From the NCBI GenBank assembly GCA_017634415.1, contig JAGBNL010000052.1, positions 4,317 to 68,316 on the forward strand: DNA of 64,000 nucleotides, written 5' to 3'. The notes beneath the pieces are model-generated. The model was not told the DNA's origin and did no database searches. It saw nothing but the letters and a program-made list of their open reading frames with translations. The translations under genes were made by a program, and so were the position numbers. Origin of the DNA: Clostridium sp. (GTDB lineage Bacteria > Bacillota > Clostridia > Lachnospirales > Lachnospiraceae). Each line of letters begins with the position of its first letter. Position 1 is the first letter of the stretch. Positions 29,530-38,465 of this stretch are shown piece by piece.

Positions 29530-29544
29530 AGCCGGCTCTCTTTT
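29514..29544. terminator. Bidirectional terminator between rqcH and serS
   Basis: AGAGCCGGCT-CGTTAA-AGCCGGCTCT 10-bp stem containing the rqcH stop, T-runs both sides. Confidence 0.8.
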
Positions 29545-29552
29545 ATTCACAA

Positions 29553-30839
29553 TTATTTTGCGGGAACAAGGACTTCCTTTCCGCCCATGTAGGGACGGAG
29601 AACCTCCGGAATCTTCACGCTGCCGTCCGCCTGCAGATTGTTCTCCAGGAAGGCGATCAGCATTCTCGGCGGCGCCACAACCGTGTTGTTCAGGGTGTGG
29701 GGAAGATACTTGCCCTTCTCTCCGTTTACGCGGATCTGGAGACGTCTTGCCTGCGCGTCGCCCAGATTGGAGCAGCTTCCCACCTCAAAGTACTTCTTCT
29801 GACGCGGAGACCAGGCTTCCACATCCAGGGATTTTACCTTCAGGTCCGCCAGGTCGCCGGAACAGCACTCCAGGGTTCTGACCGGAATATCCAGGGAGCG
29901 GAACAGATCCACTGTGTTCTTCCAGAGCTTCTCAAACCACATGGGGCTGTCCTCCGGTTTGCAGACAACGATCATCTCCTGCTTCTCAAACTGGTGGATA
30001 CGGTATACGCCTCTCTCCTCGATGCCGTGGGCGCCCTTCTCCTTGCGGAAGCAGGGGGAATAGCTGGTGAGGGTCTGGGGCAGCTTCTCCTCCGGGATAA
30101 TGGTATCGATGAAGCGTCCGATCATGGAATGCTCGCTGGTACCGATGAGGTAGAGATCCTCTCCCTCAATCTTGTACATCATGGAATCCATCTCGTCAAA
30201 GCTCATCACGCCGCTCACTACGTTCCCGTGAATCATGAAGGGCGGGATGCAGTAGGTGAATCCGCGGTCAATCATGAAATCTCTCGCATAGGCAAGGACT
30301 GCGGAATGAAGTCTCGCGATATCTCCGAGAAGATAATAGAATCCGTTTCCTGCCACGCGGCCGGCCGCGTCCATATCGATGCCGTCAAAGCGCTCCATGA
30401 TGGCGGTGTGATAGGGAATCTCAAAGTCCGGAACCACCGGCTCGCCGAATTTCTCGATCTCCACATTCTCGGAGTCATCCTTGCCGATGGGCACACTCTT
30501 GTCGATGATGTTCGGAATGACCATCATGCGCTTTTTAATCTCTTCCGCCAGCTCCTTCTCCTGCACTTCCAGTTCGGAAAGACGGGCAGCGCTCTCATTT
30601 ACCTGGCGCTTGACTTCTTCTGCCTCTTCCTTCTTGCCCTGCTTCATCAGGCCGCCGATCTGTTTTGAAAGCTTATTCCTGTTTGCCCTGAGATCTTCCG
30701 CTTCCCGCATTACCTCACGGTTTTTCTTATCCAGCTCCAGAACCTCATCGACCAGCGGAAGCTTTCTGTCCTGAAACTTGTTGCGGATATTCTGTTTTAC
30801 TGTTTCCGGATTCTCCCGGACAAATCTTAAGTCTAACAT
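29553..30839 (-). CDS. serS: Serine-tRNA ligase
   Basis: N-terminal coiled coil, LIGTSE, CFRKEKG, YRIHQFEKQE, EVGSCSN, HTLNNT. Confidence 0.96.
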   Translation of the reverse strand: MLDLRFVRENPETVKQNIRNKFQDRKLPLVDEVLELDKKNREVMREAEDLRANRNKLSKQIGGLMKQGKKEEAEEVKRQVNESAARLSELEVQEKELAEEIKKRMMVIPNIIDKSVPIGKDDSENVEIEKFGEPVVPDFEIPYHTAIMERFDGIDMDAAGRVAGNGFYYLLGDIARLHSAVLAYARDFMIDRGFTYCIPPFMIHGNVVSGVMSFDEMDSMMYKIEGEDLYLIGTSEHSMIGRFIDTIIPEEKLPQTLTSYSPCFRKEKGAHGIEERGVYRIHQFEKQEMIVVCKPEDSPMWFEKLWKNTVDLFRSLDIPVRTLECCSGDLADLKVKSLDVEAWSPRQKKYFEVGSCSNLGDAQARRLQIRVNGEKGKYLPHTLNNTVVAPPRMLIAFLENNLQADGSVKIPEVLRPYMGGKEVLVPAK

Positions 30840-30911
30840 TTCATTCCTCCAAATGTATTGAAATCTCTACAGGGTACCGCCCATCGGGGTACAACAGATG
30901 ATTATACCTCA

Positions 30912-31763
30912 TTATTCCTCACTGGGAAAGTGTTTTTGTCGCAGAAGATACGGAAGACATGTTTCCAGGGAGAGTCCCTCCTCCTCCGGCTCCCCGTCAT
31001 TCAGGGTCTGCTCGATACAGCGGGAGCAGAATGCCGCCCCCAGCTTTACGGCGTCCGCCAGATCCATGTTCCTGAGCGTTCCCGCGGCGACCACTGCGGC
31101 GAAGATGTCCCCCGTCCCGTGGAAATGGCCTCCCATCTTCCGGGTGCCCGTGAAAAATACTTCTCCGCCGTTCACACAGGAGACATTCTCCATCCTATCC
31201 CCCCGGGGAACGCCGGTAATCACCACGGATTTCGGCCCGAGCATCAGGAGGCGGAATACCAGGTCCGTCAGCTTCTTTCTGCTCCAGCCATGATCTGACC
31301 AGGGAGTATCCGTGAGGAAACAGGCTTCCGTGAGATTCGGCGTGATGATGTCGGCGTACTGGATAATATCCTTCATCGCCTCGCACATCTCATCGGTACA
31401 GATACGGTACAGTTCCCCGTTATCTCCCATGGCCGGATCCACCAGCAGCATGGTATTCTCCCGCTTGAAGTCCAGGATGAAATCCCGGACAATAGCCGCC
31501 TGGGCCGGTGATCCCAGATATCCCGTCATGATGCCGTCAAACTGAAATCCCAGTTTTTTCCACGCCTCCATATAGGCCGGCATCCTGTCCGTATAATCGT
31601 CAAAAAAGGCGGATGGGTATCCGGTATGGTTGGAAAGCACCGCCGTCTCCATCGGACAGCACTGGACGCCCATGGCGCTGATCACAGGAATAGCCGCTGT
31701 CATCGAACAGCGGCCATACCCGGAGATATCATTGATATATGCAATCTTCTTAATCTTTCCCAT
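30912..31763 (-). CDS. Pyridoxal/pyridoxamine kinase (PdxK/PdxY-like, ribokinase fold)
   Basis: NDISGYGRCS, LSNHTGY, TGYLGS, VDPAMGDNG, TPNLTEA, HGTGDIFA. Confidence 0.9.
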   Translation of the reverse strand: MGKIKKIAYINDISGYGRCSMTAAIPVISAMGVQCCPMETAVLSNHTGYPSAFFDDYTDRMPAYMEAWKKLGFQFDGIMTGYLGSPAQAAIVRDFILDFKRENTMLLVDPAMGDNGELYRICTDEMCEAMKDIIQYADIITPNLTEACFLTDTPWSDHGWSRKKLTDLVFRLLMLGPKSVVITGVPRGDRMENVSCVNGGEVFFTGTRKMGGHFHGTGDIFAAVVAAGTLRNMDLADAVKLGAAFCSRCIEQTLNDGEPEEEGLSLETCLPYLLRQKHFPSEE

Positions 31764-31793
31764 GTTTACTTTTTAATCTTTCCCAGGTTTCTT

Positions 31794-32393
31794 TCACTTG
31801 CTTTCTGCGGACAGAACCTCGAACATTCCGGCCCTCCTCAGCGCCGGCCTCAGTGCCAGATAGATGACTGTCGAGGCAATGACGGAGGTTACCGCATTCA
31901 CGGAGGTTGCCATAATATTCCAGGCGAGGGTCAGTTCCGCCGCCGGTTTGCCGATAATCAGCAGCTTATAGTAATACCCGATCAGGGGATCCGCTATCAC
32001 ATTGAACAGAAGACCTGCCGACGCGGCCAGGATGACAAACCGGACGATATGCTTTCTGTCAGTGCTCTGGTCAATCTTTCCGATGCGGTGCGCGACAAAA
32101 CCGGCGATCAGCCCGATACAGAGCTTGCAGATAAATGTCTTCGGCGCATAGACCACATAGACCGGATCCATGAGGTCTCCGATGGTCATGCCGATGGCGC
32201 CGCCCAGTCCTCCGTACAGGCCTCCCAGCAGCAGGGCCCCGAGAACACATACAGCATTCCCGAGATGAATGGATGTGGCGTCTCCGCCCGGGAGCGTGAT
32301 TCGTATCTGTCCGAATGTAAATACCACGTAGGACAGAGCAGCCAGAAGTCCGACCATGGCAACCTTGTAAGATGCATTTCTGTTCTGTGTCAT
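31794..32393 (-). CDS. ECF transporter S component, probably vitamin B6-related
   Basis: Hydrophobic about 6 TM; IHLGN, GAIGMTIGDL, YAPKTF; ATG 32393 after AAGAGGTG; upstream of pyridoxal kinase. Confidence 0.85.
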   Translation of the reverse strand: MTQNRNASYKVAMVGLLAALSYVVFTFGQIRITLPGGDATSIHLGNAVCVLGALLLGGLYGGLGGAIGMTIGDLMDPVYVVYAPKTFICKLCIGLIAGFVAHRIGKIDQSTDRKHIVRFVILAASAGLLFNVIADPLIGYYYKLLIIGKPAAELTLAWNIMATSVNAVTSVIASTVIYLALRPALRRAGMFEVLSAESK

Positions 32394-32439
32394 AACATTC
32401 ACCTCTTTCTTGCACTTTTGTTATGACACATGTTATCAC
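32386..32439. promoter_or_regulatory. Inverted plus direct repeat element over the ECF-S translation start
   Basis: TGTGTCATAACA (32386-32397) and TGTTATGACACA (32419-32430) perfect 12-bp inverted repeat; third copy TGTTATCAC (32431-32439). Confidence 0.6.
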
Positions 32440-32485
32440 GGTTTTGTATTGATGAAAACACGCAATTTTTATAATTTTTTCAGGG

Positions 32486-33139
32486 TCAGTCGTGGGACTC
32501 CACGCACAGAAGTTTTCCTTCCTCAAACAGGATCAGGCCTTCTTCCTCCACCTCATTGCTGATAAGGCGGGAGGGCCCCATCTTCACATCCCGGTGCTCC
32601 AGAGGATACCGGAAGCCCCGGAGCGTAAGCCCCTTCACCTCTTCTGTCAGGGGAATAAAGGAAATGTATTTCCCGTAGAGTTCTTCCTTTCGGAAACGTT
32701 CCCCCGGATACGTCAGGTGAATCCGGTTTCTCTCATCGATGAGATACGCCTGCAGTCCTATTTCCCTGCACACCAGCAGAAGCTGGATATTGGCCAGCTC
32801 ATGGTCAATCCTTCCGCCCAGCGCCCCCAGGATATCCACCCTGCCGCATCCCATCTTCACGGCCTTTGTTACGGCCAGCTCCGTATCCGTCTCGTCCTTC
32901 TCCGGCGGATGGATCTCGAATTCGATATCCCCGTCCAGGCGGTATCTTCCGACCAGCTGCGGATCTGCCGTATCCAGATCTCCCACCACCGTATCCGGCC
33001 GCACGCCGATCCGGTCCAGGACTTTCAGGCCCGCGTCCGCCGCAATGATGACATCATACTGTCTGTTCTTCATGAATTCACGGGCGAATGCGGTATTCAC
33101 CGCTCCGCCCGTGATGATCAGCCCTGTTTTACTTATCAT
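32486..33139 (-). CDS. thiN: Thiamine diphosphokinase
   Basis: AADAG, VGDLDT, PEKDETDTELA, GALGGRIDHELAN, ISNE; start ATG 33139 overlapping rpe stop. Confidence 0.94.
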   Translation of the reverse strand: MISKTGLIITGGAVNTAFAREFMKNRQYDVIIAADAGLKVLDRIGVRPDTVVGDLDTADPQLVGRYRLDGDIEFEIHPPEKDETDTELAVTKAVKMGCGRVDILGALGGRIDHELANIQLLLVCREIGLQAYLIDERNRIHLTYPGERFRKEELYGKYISFIPLTEEVKGLTLRGFRYPLEHRDVKMGPSRLISNEVEEEGLILFEEGKLLCVESHD

Positions 33140-33791
33140 ATTCTCTGAAAACCTCAAGAAATGCCTTCGCGTTTTCTTCGGGATCTCCGCGGAATACGGC
33201 AGAACCTGCCACGATGGTGTCCGCTCCGGCTTCAATAACCTCCCTCACATTCCCCAGGCCGACTCCGCCGTCCACTTCCAGGCGCACTGAAAGCCCCGCA
33301 TCGTCTATCATCTTCCGCAGACAGGCGATTTTATCGAGGGCATAGGGAATAAACTTCTGGCCTCCGAATCCGGGATTGACCGACATGACGAGGACCATAT
33401 CCAGCTCCGGAAGAATATATCTGAGGGTTTCCGCCGGGGTGGCGGGATTCAGTGCAACCGCCGCCTTCATGCCGGCTTCTTTGATCTGATGAACCGTCCG
33501 GTCCAGATGGAGGCAGGCTTCCTGGTGGACGCAGAGGATATCAGCCCCTGCCTTCTTCATGTCATCCACATATCGTCCGGGATCCGTCACCATCATATGA
33601 ACATCAAAAACTCTCCCGGTCACGGGGCGCAGGCTCTTTATCACCGGCATTCCGAAAGAAATGCTGGGAACGAACATTCCGTCCATCACATCAATATGTA
33701 CATACTGTGCTCCTGCCCTGTCTATGGCTTCGACTTCCTGTCCCAGTTTTCCGAAATCTGCTCCCAGTATTGACGGCGCGAGTATGATCAT
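33129..33791 (-). CDS. rpe: Ribulose-phosphate 3-epimerase
   Basis: APSIL, HIDVMDG, DVHMM, MSVNPGFGGQ, EVDGG, VAGSA. Confidence 0.97.
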   Translation of the reverse strand: MIILAPSILGADFGKLGQEVEAIDRAGAQYVHIDVMDGMFVPSISFGMPVIKSLRPVTGRVFDVHMMVTDPGRYVDDMKKAGADILCVHQEACLHLDRTVHQIKEAGMKAAVALNPATPAETLRYILPELDMVLVMSVNPGFGGQKFIPYALDKIACLRKMIDDAGLSVRLEVDGGVGLGNVREVIEAGADTIVAGSAVFRGDPEENAKAFLEVFREYDK

Positions 33792-33809
33792 TGCTCATCC
33801 TCCCTCTTC

Positions 33810-34688
33810 TCAGTACTTCCTTCTGTTTTTCAGTTCTTCGTAGATAAGTCTGTAGTTTTCATAGCGGCTTTCTGCCAGTTCCCCGCGGGAAACAGCATTC
33901 TTTACGCCGCACTCCCGTTCTCCGATATGAACACAGCCCAGAAATCTGCAGCCGTCCTCATAGGACTCAAATTCCGGAAAATAATCCTTCAGCTCCTTCT
34001 CGTCGATTCCGTCCACATAGATGGAACTGAACCCCGGCGTGTCGCAGATAAAGGTGCCCCGTTTCACAAAAAAGAGCTCGGAATGTCTCGTTGTATTCTT
34101 TCCCCGGCTGATTTTTCTGCTCAGCTCCCCGACTTCCATCCCTGCCTCCGGCTGGAGATAATTGGTGAGCGAAGACTTTCCCACACCCGAGGGTCCGGCA
34201 AGCACCGTCGTCCTGTTCTCAAGCATCCCCATCAGCTCCTCCAGGCCCTGCCCGGCGCTTGTGCTGATGAAGCAGACCCGGCTGCCGGAAGGCTCGTAGG
34301 TTCTTCGCAGTTCTTCCTCCATCTCCGTATTTCCCAGGTCTGATTTGCTGAAGCAGATGATAACAGGTACATGCTGGCGCTGCATGACGATGAGGAACCG
34401 GTCAAGAAGATTCAGGTTCGGCGCCGGATCCGTCATGGAAAAAACCACCAGAGCCTGATCCACATTGGCCACCGCAGGCCGGATCAGACGGCTGCGGGAA
34501 GGCAGCAGGGCGTCGATATTGCCTTCCATGTCATTCTCATCCAGTATGGAAAACTCCACGTCATCGCCCACCAGAGGCTTGATGTTCCGGTTCCGGAACA
34601 CCCCTCTTGCACGGCATTCATATACACTTCCGATCCCGTCATGCACGTAATAGAAACCGGCGATTCCCTTGATAATCTTTCCCTGCAT
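33810..34688 (-). CDS. rsgA: Ribosome small subunit-dependent GTPase A (RsgA/CpgA)
   Basis: OB fold, RPAVANVD, GPSGVGKSS, GKNTT, DTPGF, CRFLGCVH...C zinc finger. Confidence 0.96.
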   Translation of the reverse strand: MQGKIIKGIAGFYYVHDGIGSVYECRARGVFRNRNIKPLVGDDVEFSILDENDMEGNIDALLPSRSRLIRPAVANVDQALVVFSMTDPAPNLNLLDRFLIVMQRQHVPVIICFSKSDLGNTEMEEELRRTYEPSGSRVCFISTSAGQGLEELMGMLENRTTVLAGPSGVGKSSLTNYLQPEAGMEVGELSRKISRGKNTTRHSELFFVKRGTFICDTPGFSSIYVDGIDEKELKDYFPEFESYEDGCRFLGCVHIGERECGVKNAVSRGELAESRYENYRLIYEELKNRRKY

Positions 34689-34689
34689 A

Positions 34690-36600
34690 TTACCTGTCCA
34701 TCTCCACAAAGCTCAGGGAATACGTCTTCAGCACCCTGTCATTGGTCAGGTCGAGCACCTGGAGCGTTCCGCTTCCCACGCCGTCCGCGCCCTCGATATT
34801 GTAGTGAACGGGCACGGCAGTATCTCCGGTGATGTCGGTGGGCTCCATGATTACCTTTGTGACGCTCTCGCCGTTTACATACTGCTTCATGATAATGGAA
34901 ACCTCGAGGGTCGTGCTCGCGGCACTGGGTCCCAGGTATTCTTGAAGGGATATCACATCATCCACGGCAGCCACATAGTGGGTGCTCTTTCCCGCACTGA
35001 CCACGTAATCCACCGTACTTCCCTTCTCCACCTCTGTCTGTTTTTCTATCCGCTGGCTGATTACCGTGCCTTTTGCGGCGTCGCTTGCGCTCTCGGTGCG
35101 TGTTCCGGGGACAAGGCCCACAGACTGCAGCACGGAGATGGCGCTCTCCTCCGGGATGCCGGTAATATCCGGCATGGGAACCATGACCTTCAGGGGGCCG
35201 AGACTCACAAGAAGGGTAATTGTTTCCCCTTCCGCCGCCTCTGCAGGCGAAAAGCTGATGACGGTTCCCTTTTCCACGGTATCGTTGTTCTCTTCCCGGA
35301 CCTCAGCCACCAGATTTCTGTTCTCCAGCATCCGGACCGCCGCCTCCGCATTCATGCCGGCAATTCCCAGATCTGTGAGGTTGATCTTTGCAACCTCCTC
35401 CTCGGTGATCTCTATGGGCTGCTCTTCCGTTGTCGGCGCTTCGGTCTCCGCCGCGGATTCCGTCACGGCTTCCGTCGTGCTCTCCACCGTCTCCCGGGGA
35501 CCGGAGGTCCTGTTGAATATGCCGCTCAGCTGAACCAGAATGAAGATCACCACAGCGGCGATGATGAGAGCGGCGATGATGCCGATGGAGGACAGCAGTT
35601 TGTCGATGGTGTTGTCCTGCTCCTGCCGCTTATACTGTCTGTACTGGTTCCCCTGCTTTCTGCGCGGACGATCTGGAATGGCGCTGGCGGCCTGTATGAC
35701 CGCGTTGCTCTCCTTCTCACGGATATTCGTGGGCGCTGTCTCCAGCTCCGCCTCCGTCTTCAGATAATCATCATCCGGATCCACCAGTGCATGCCGCAGG
35801 TCCGAGATCAGCTCATAGGCGTCCTGATAGCGATCCTCCGGCAGTTTTTCCGTACATTTCAGAATAATTCTTGACATGCTGGGCGTCACTTCCGGATTCA
35901 GCGTCTCCGGCGCCGGCATATCCTTCTCGATGTGGGCGAGGGCGATGGAAACCGGGTTTTCCCCGTCAAAGGGAACCGTACCCGTCACCATCTCAAACAT
36001 AGTCACGCCAAGGGAGTACAGGTCGCTTCTGGCATCGCTGTATTCGCCTCTTGCCTGCTCCGGTGAGATGTAATGTACGGAACCCACCGCGTTGGGGCCG
36101 CCCACTGTCTGTTCGGAAACCGCCCTGGCGATACCGAAGTCAGCGACCTTGACCTTTCCGTCCCGGGAAATGATCATGTTCTGGGGCTTGATATCCCTGT
36201 GCACAATATGCTGATCGTGGGCCGCAGCGATACCCTGGGCCACCTGGATGGAAATCCCTATGGCTTCCTTGATGCCGAGACGGCCTTTCTTCTTGATATA
36301 GCTCTTGAGGGTTATACCCTCGATAAGCTCCATGACGATATAGTGAAGATTCTCTTCATCGATAACGTCAAAGACGCTGACAATGTTCGGATGGGAAAGA
36401 CTGGCCGCAGACTGGGCCTCCATCTTGAACTTGCTCACAAAATTGGCATCCCGGCTGTATTCGTCCTTCAGAACCTTGATTCCCACCAGCCGGTTCAGCA
36501 CATGACATTTGGCCTGATAAACCTCAGACATGCCGCCTGTGCCTATCAGGGCAAGAATTTCATATCTGTTCTGCAGATATTCACCTGGTTTAAGCATCAT
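34690..36600 (-). CDS. prkC: PASTA-domain Ser/Thr protein kinase (PrkC/Stk1)
   Basis: GTGGMSEVY, HRDIKPQN, DFG, SPEQARG; single TM; two recognisable PASTA repeats and a C-terminal beta domain. Confidence 0.95.
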   Translation of the reverse strand: MMLKPGEYLQNRYEILALIGTGGMSEVYQAKCHVLNRLVGIKVLKDEYSRDANFVSKFKMEAQSAASLSHPNIVSVFDVIDEENLHYIVMELIEGITLKSYIKKKGRLGIKEAIGISIQVAQGIAAAHDQHIVHRDIKPQNMIISRDGKVKVADFGIARAVSEQTVGGPNAVGSVHYISPEQARGEYSDARSDLYSLGVTMFEMVTGTVPFDGENPVSIALAHIEKDMPAPETLNPEVTPSMSRIILKCTEKLPEDRYQDAYELISDLRHALVDPDDDYLKTEAELETAPTNIREKESNAVIQAASAIPDRPRRKQGNQYRQYKRQEQDNTIDKLLSSIGIIAALIIAAVVIFILVQLSGIFNRTSGPRETVESTTEAVTESAAETEAPTTEEQPIEITEEEVAKINLTDLGIAGMNAEAAVRMLENRNLVAEVREENNDTVEKGTVISFSPAEAAEGETITLLVSLGPLKVMVPMPDITGIPEESAISVLQSVGLVPGTRTESASDAAKGTVISQRIEKQTEVEKGSTVDYVVSAGKSTHYVAAVDDVISLQEYLGPSAASTTLEVSIIMKQYVNGESVTKVIMEPTDITGDTAVPVHYNIEGADGVGSGTLQVLDLTNDRVLKTYSLSFVEMDR

Positions 36601-37342
36601 GGCGCATCACCTCGCTTATCTCAGGATCTGCAAGGACAACGGAAATATTGTCCCGTCCCCCGTTCCGGTTCGCTTCCTTTACCAGCTGTCCGGCCAGCGC
36701 TTCCAGATCTTCCCCGCCGCCCGCAACTCTGGCGATCTCTTCATCCGTCACCATATTGCTCAGGCCGTCGGAGCAGAGGAGGAAACGGTCTCCGGCACGC
36801 AGCGGAACCTCGAAGAAATCCGCGCTGACCTGGGCATCGATGCCCACGGCCCGGGTAATGATATTCTTGCTCCGCTCGTACTCCGCGCTTCCTCTGCGCA
36901 TTCTGCCGCGCTCTACCATCTCCTCCACGTAGGAGTGATCTCTTGTCACCTGTATGGCATGTCTGCCCCGTATCAGGTACAGCCTGCTGTCTCCGATATT
37001 CACCGCGTAGAGTGTTTTCCCGCTGACCCAGGCGCCGACCAGGGTTGTGCCCATACCGGAATACTCCGCATTCTCCCCGGAAAGCCGGAACAGCTCCCTG
37101 TTGACGGCCCCGATGGAATCCAGCAGAATACGGGGTTCTTCCGTCCCTTCCGCCTTCCGGATTCTCTGCACCAGATGCTCCACCAGGTAGCTGGAGGCAT
37201 AATCGCCGGCCAGATGGCCGCCCATGCCGTCCGCAACCAGAAACAGATTCCCGAATATTCCCACCGGCTCTGTCGAAACAAACAGGGAATCCTGATTGCT
37301 CGGTCTTATCATTCCCCTGTCAGTACATGCGTATGCTTTCAT
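36590..37342 (-). CDS. prpC: PP2C-type Ser/Thr phosphatase (PrpC/Stp1)
   Basis: NQD, VADGMGGH, GMGTT, NIGDSR, LCSDGL, GGRDNIS. Confidence 0.95.
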   Translation of the reverse strand: MKAYACTDRGMIRPSNQDSLFVSTEPVGIFGNLFLVADGMGGHLAGDYASSYLVEHLVQRIRKAEGTEEPRILLDSIGAVNRELFRLSGENAEYSGMGTTLVGAWVSGKTLYAVNIGDSRLYLIRGRHAIQVTRDHSYVEEMVERGRMRRGSAEYERSKNIITRAVGIDAQVSADFFEVPLRAGDRFLLCSDGLSNMVTDEEIARVAGGGEDLEALAGQLVKEANRNGGRDNISVVLADPEISEVMRHDA

Positions 37343-38409
37343 GTTTCCCTCTCTGCAAGGGCCTCCCGGTCCATATAGCTCTTTCTGAGCTGGCCGCAGG
37401 CTCCTCCGATATCCCGTCCCATTTCCCGACGGACGGTTACTGCAATTCCTTTATTCTCAAGATAGGACCGGAACGCTTCTGTCGCTTTCCTGTCCGGCTG
37501 TATGTAATCTCTTTCCTTAATCGGATTGACCGGTATCAGATTGACGTGTCCGTGCATGTCTCCGATAAGCTCCGCAAGCTTTGCCGCCTCCTGCAGATTG
37601 TCGTTTACGCCCTGCACCAGGCTGTACTCAAAGGTGACGCGGCGCCCGGTCTTTTTGAAATAATAATGACACGCATCCATTATTTCGTCAAGTTTGTACA
37701 CCTTTGCCACCGGCATCAGCTGTTCCCGCACCCTGTCATCAGACGCGTGGAGGGACAGCGCAAGCGTCAGGGGAATCCCTTCTTCCGCCAGCCTCCGGAT
37801 CCCCGGAACGATACCGCAGGTGGAAAGGGTGATATTCCTCTGGCTGATGTTCAGCCCCTTTTCGCATGTGATGAGCCGGATAAACCGGAGGACATTGTCA
37901 TAATTGTCCATGGGCTCGCCGGAGCCCATAATCACGATATTTGAGACCCGTTCTCCCGTATCCCGCTCGATCTCGTATACCTGACCGAGTATCTCCGAGG
38001 CTCTGAGATTCCTCGCAAGCCCCTCCAGGGTGGATGCGCAGAATCTGCACCCCATGCGGCACCCCGCCTGGGAGGATACACAGACGGAATTCCCGTGATG
38101 ATAGCGCATCAGAACGCTCTCGATGACATTTCCGTCAGGAAGCGCAAAAAGATACTTTCTGGTACCGTCAATCCGGGAAATGCGGACGTCCACCTTTTTC
38201 AGCGTCACATACTCGGCCTTCTCCGATAAAGTCTTTCTGAGGGCCTTTGAAATGTTCGTCATCTCCTCGGGAGAGGAAGCCAGTTCCCTGTGCATCCAGG
38301 AAAACACCTGCCCCGCCCTGTAGGGCGCCTCCCCCAGGGACGCCATAAAGTCCCGGAGCTCTTCTTCCGTCATGGACCGGATATCCGGTCTTTCCATTCT
38401 TTCTTCCAT
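37339..38409 (-). CDS. rlmN: 23S rRNA (adenine-2503-C2)-methyltransferase RlmN
   Basis: SSQAGCRMGCRFC, MGSGEP, SLHA, EYSL, ACGQL; exact start uncertain (38412/38409/38397). Confidence 0.95.
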   Translation of the reverse strand: MEERMERPDIRSMTEEELRDFMASLGEAPYRAGQVFSWMHRELASSPEEMTNISKALRKTLSEKAEYVTLKKVDVRISRIDGTRKYLFALPDGNVIESVLMRYHHGNSVCVSSQAGCRMGCRFCASTLEGLARNLRASEILGQVYEIERDTGERVSNIVIMGSGEPMDNYDNVLRFIRLITCEKGLNISQRNITLSTCGIVPGIRRLAEEGIPLTLALSLHASDDRVREQLMPVAKVYKLDEIMDACHYYFKKTGRRVTFEYSLVQGVNDNLQEAAKLAELIGDMHGHVNLIPVNPIKERDYIQPDRKATEAFRSYLENKGIAVTVRREMGRDIGGACGQLRKSYMDREALAERET

Positions 38410-38465
38410 CACTGTATGTCTGCGTTCTCCTCATTACTGCTCGCCACGAAGGGGCGAGAGCCCCC

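Noticed and set aside
27577-29550. 657-aa minus-strand ORF
   Set aside because: In-register antisense mirror of rqcH with no recognisable domain
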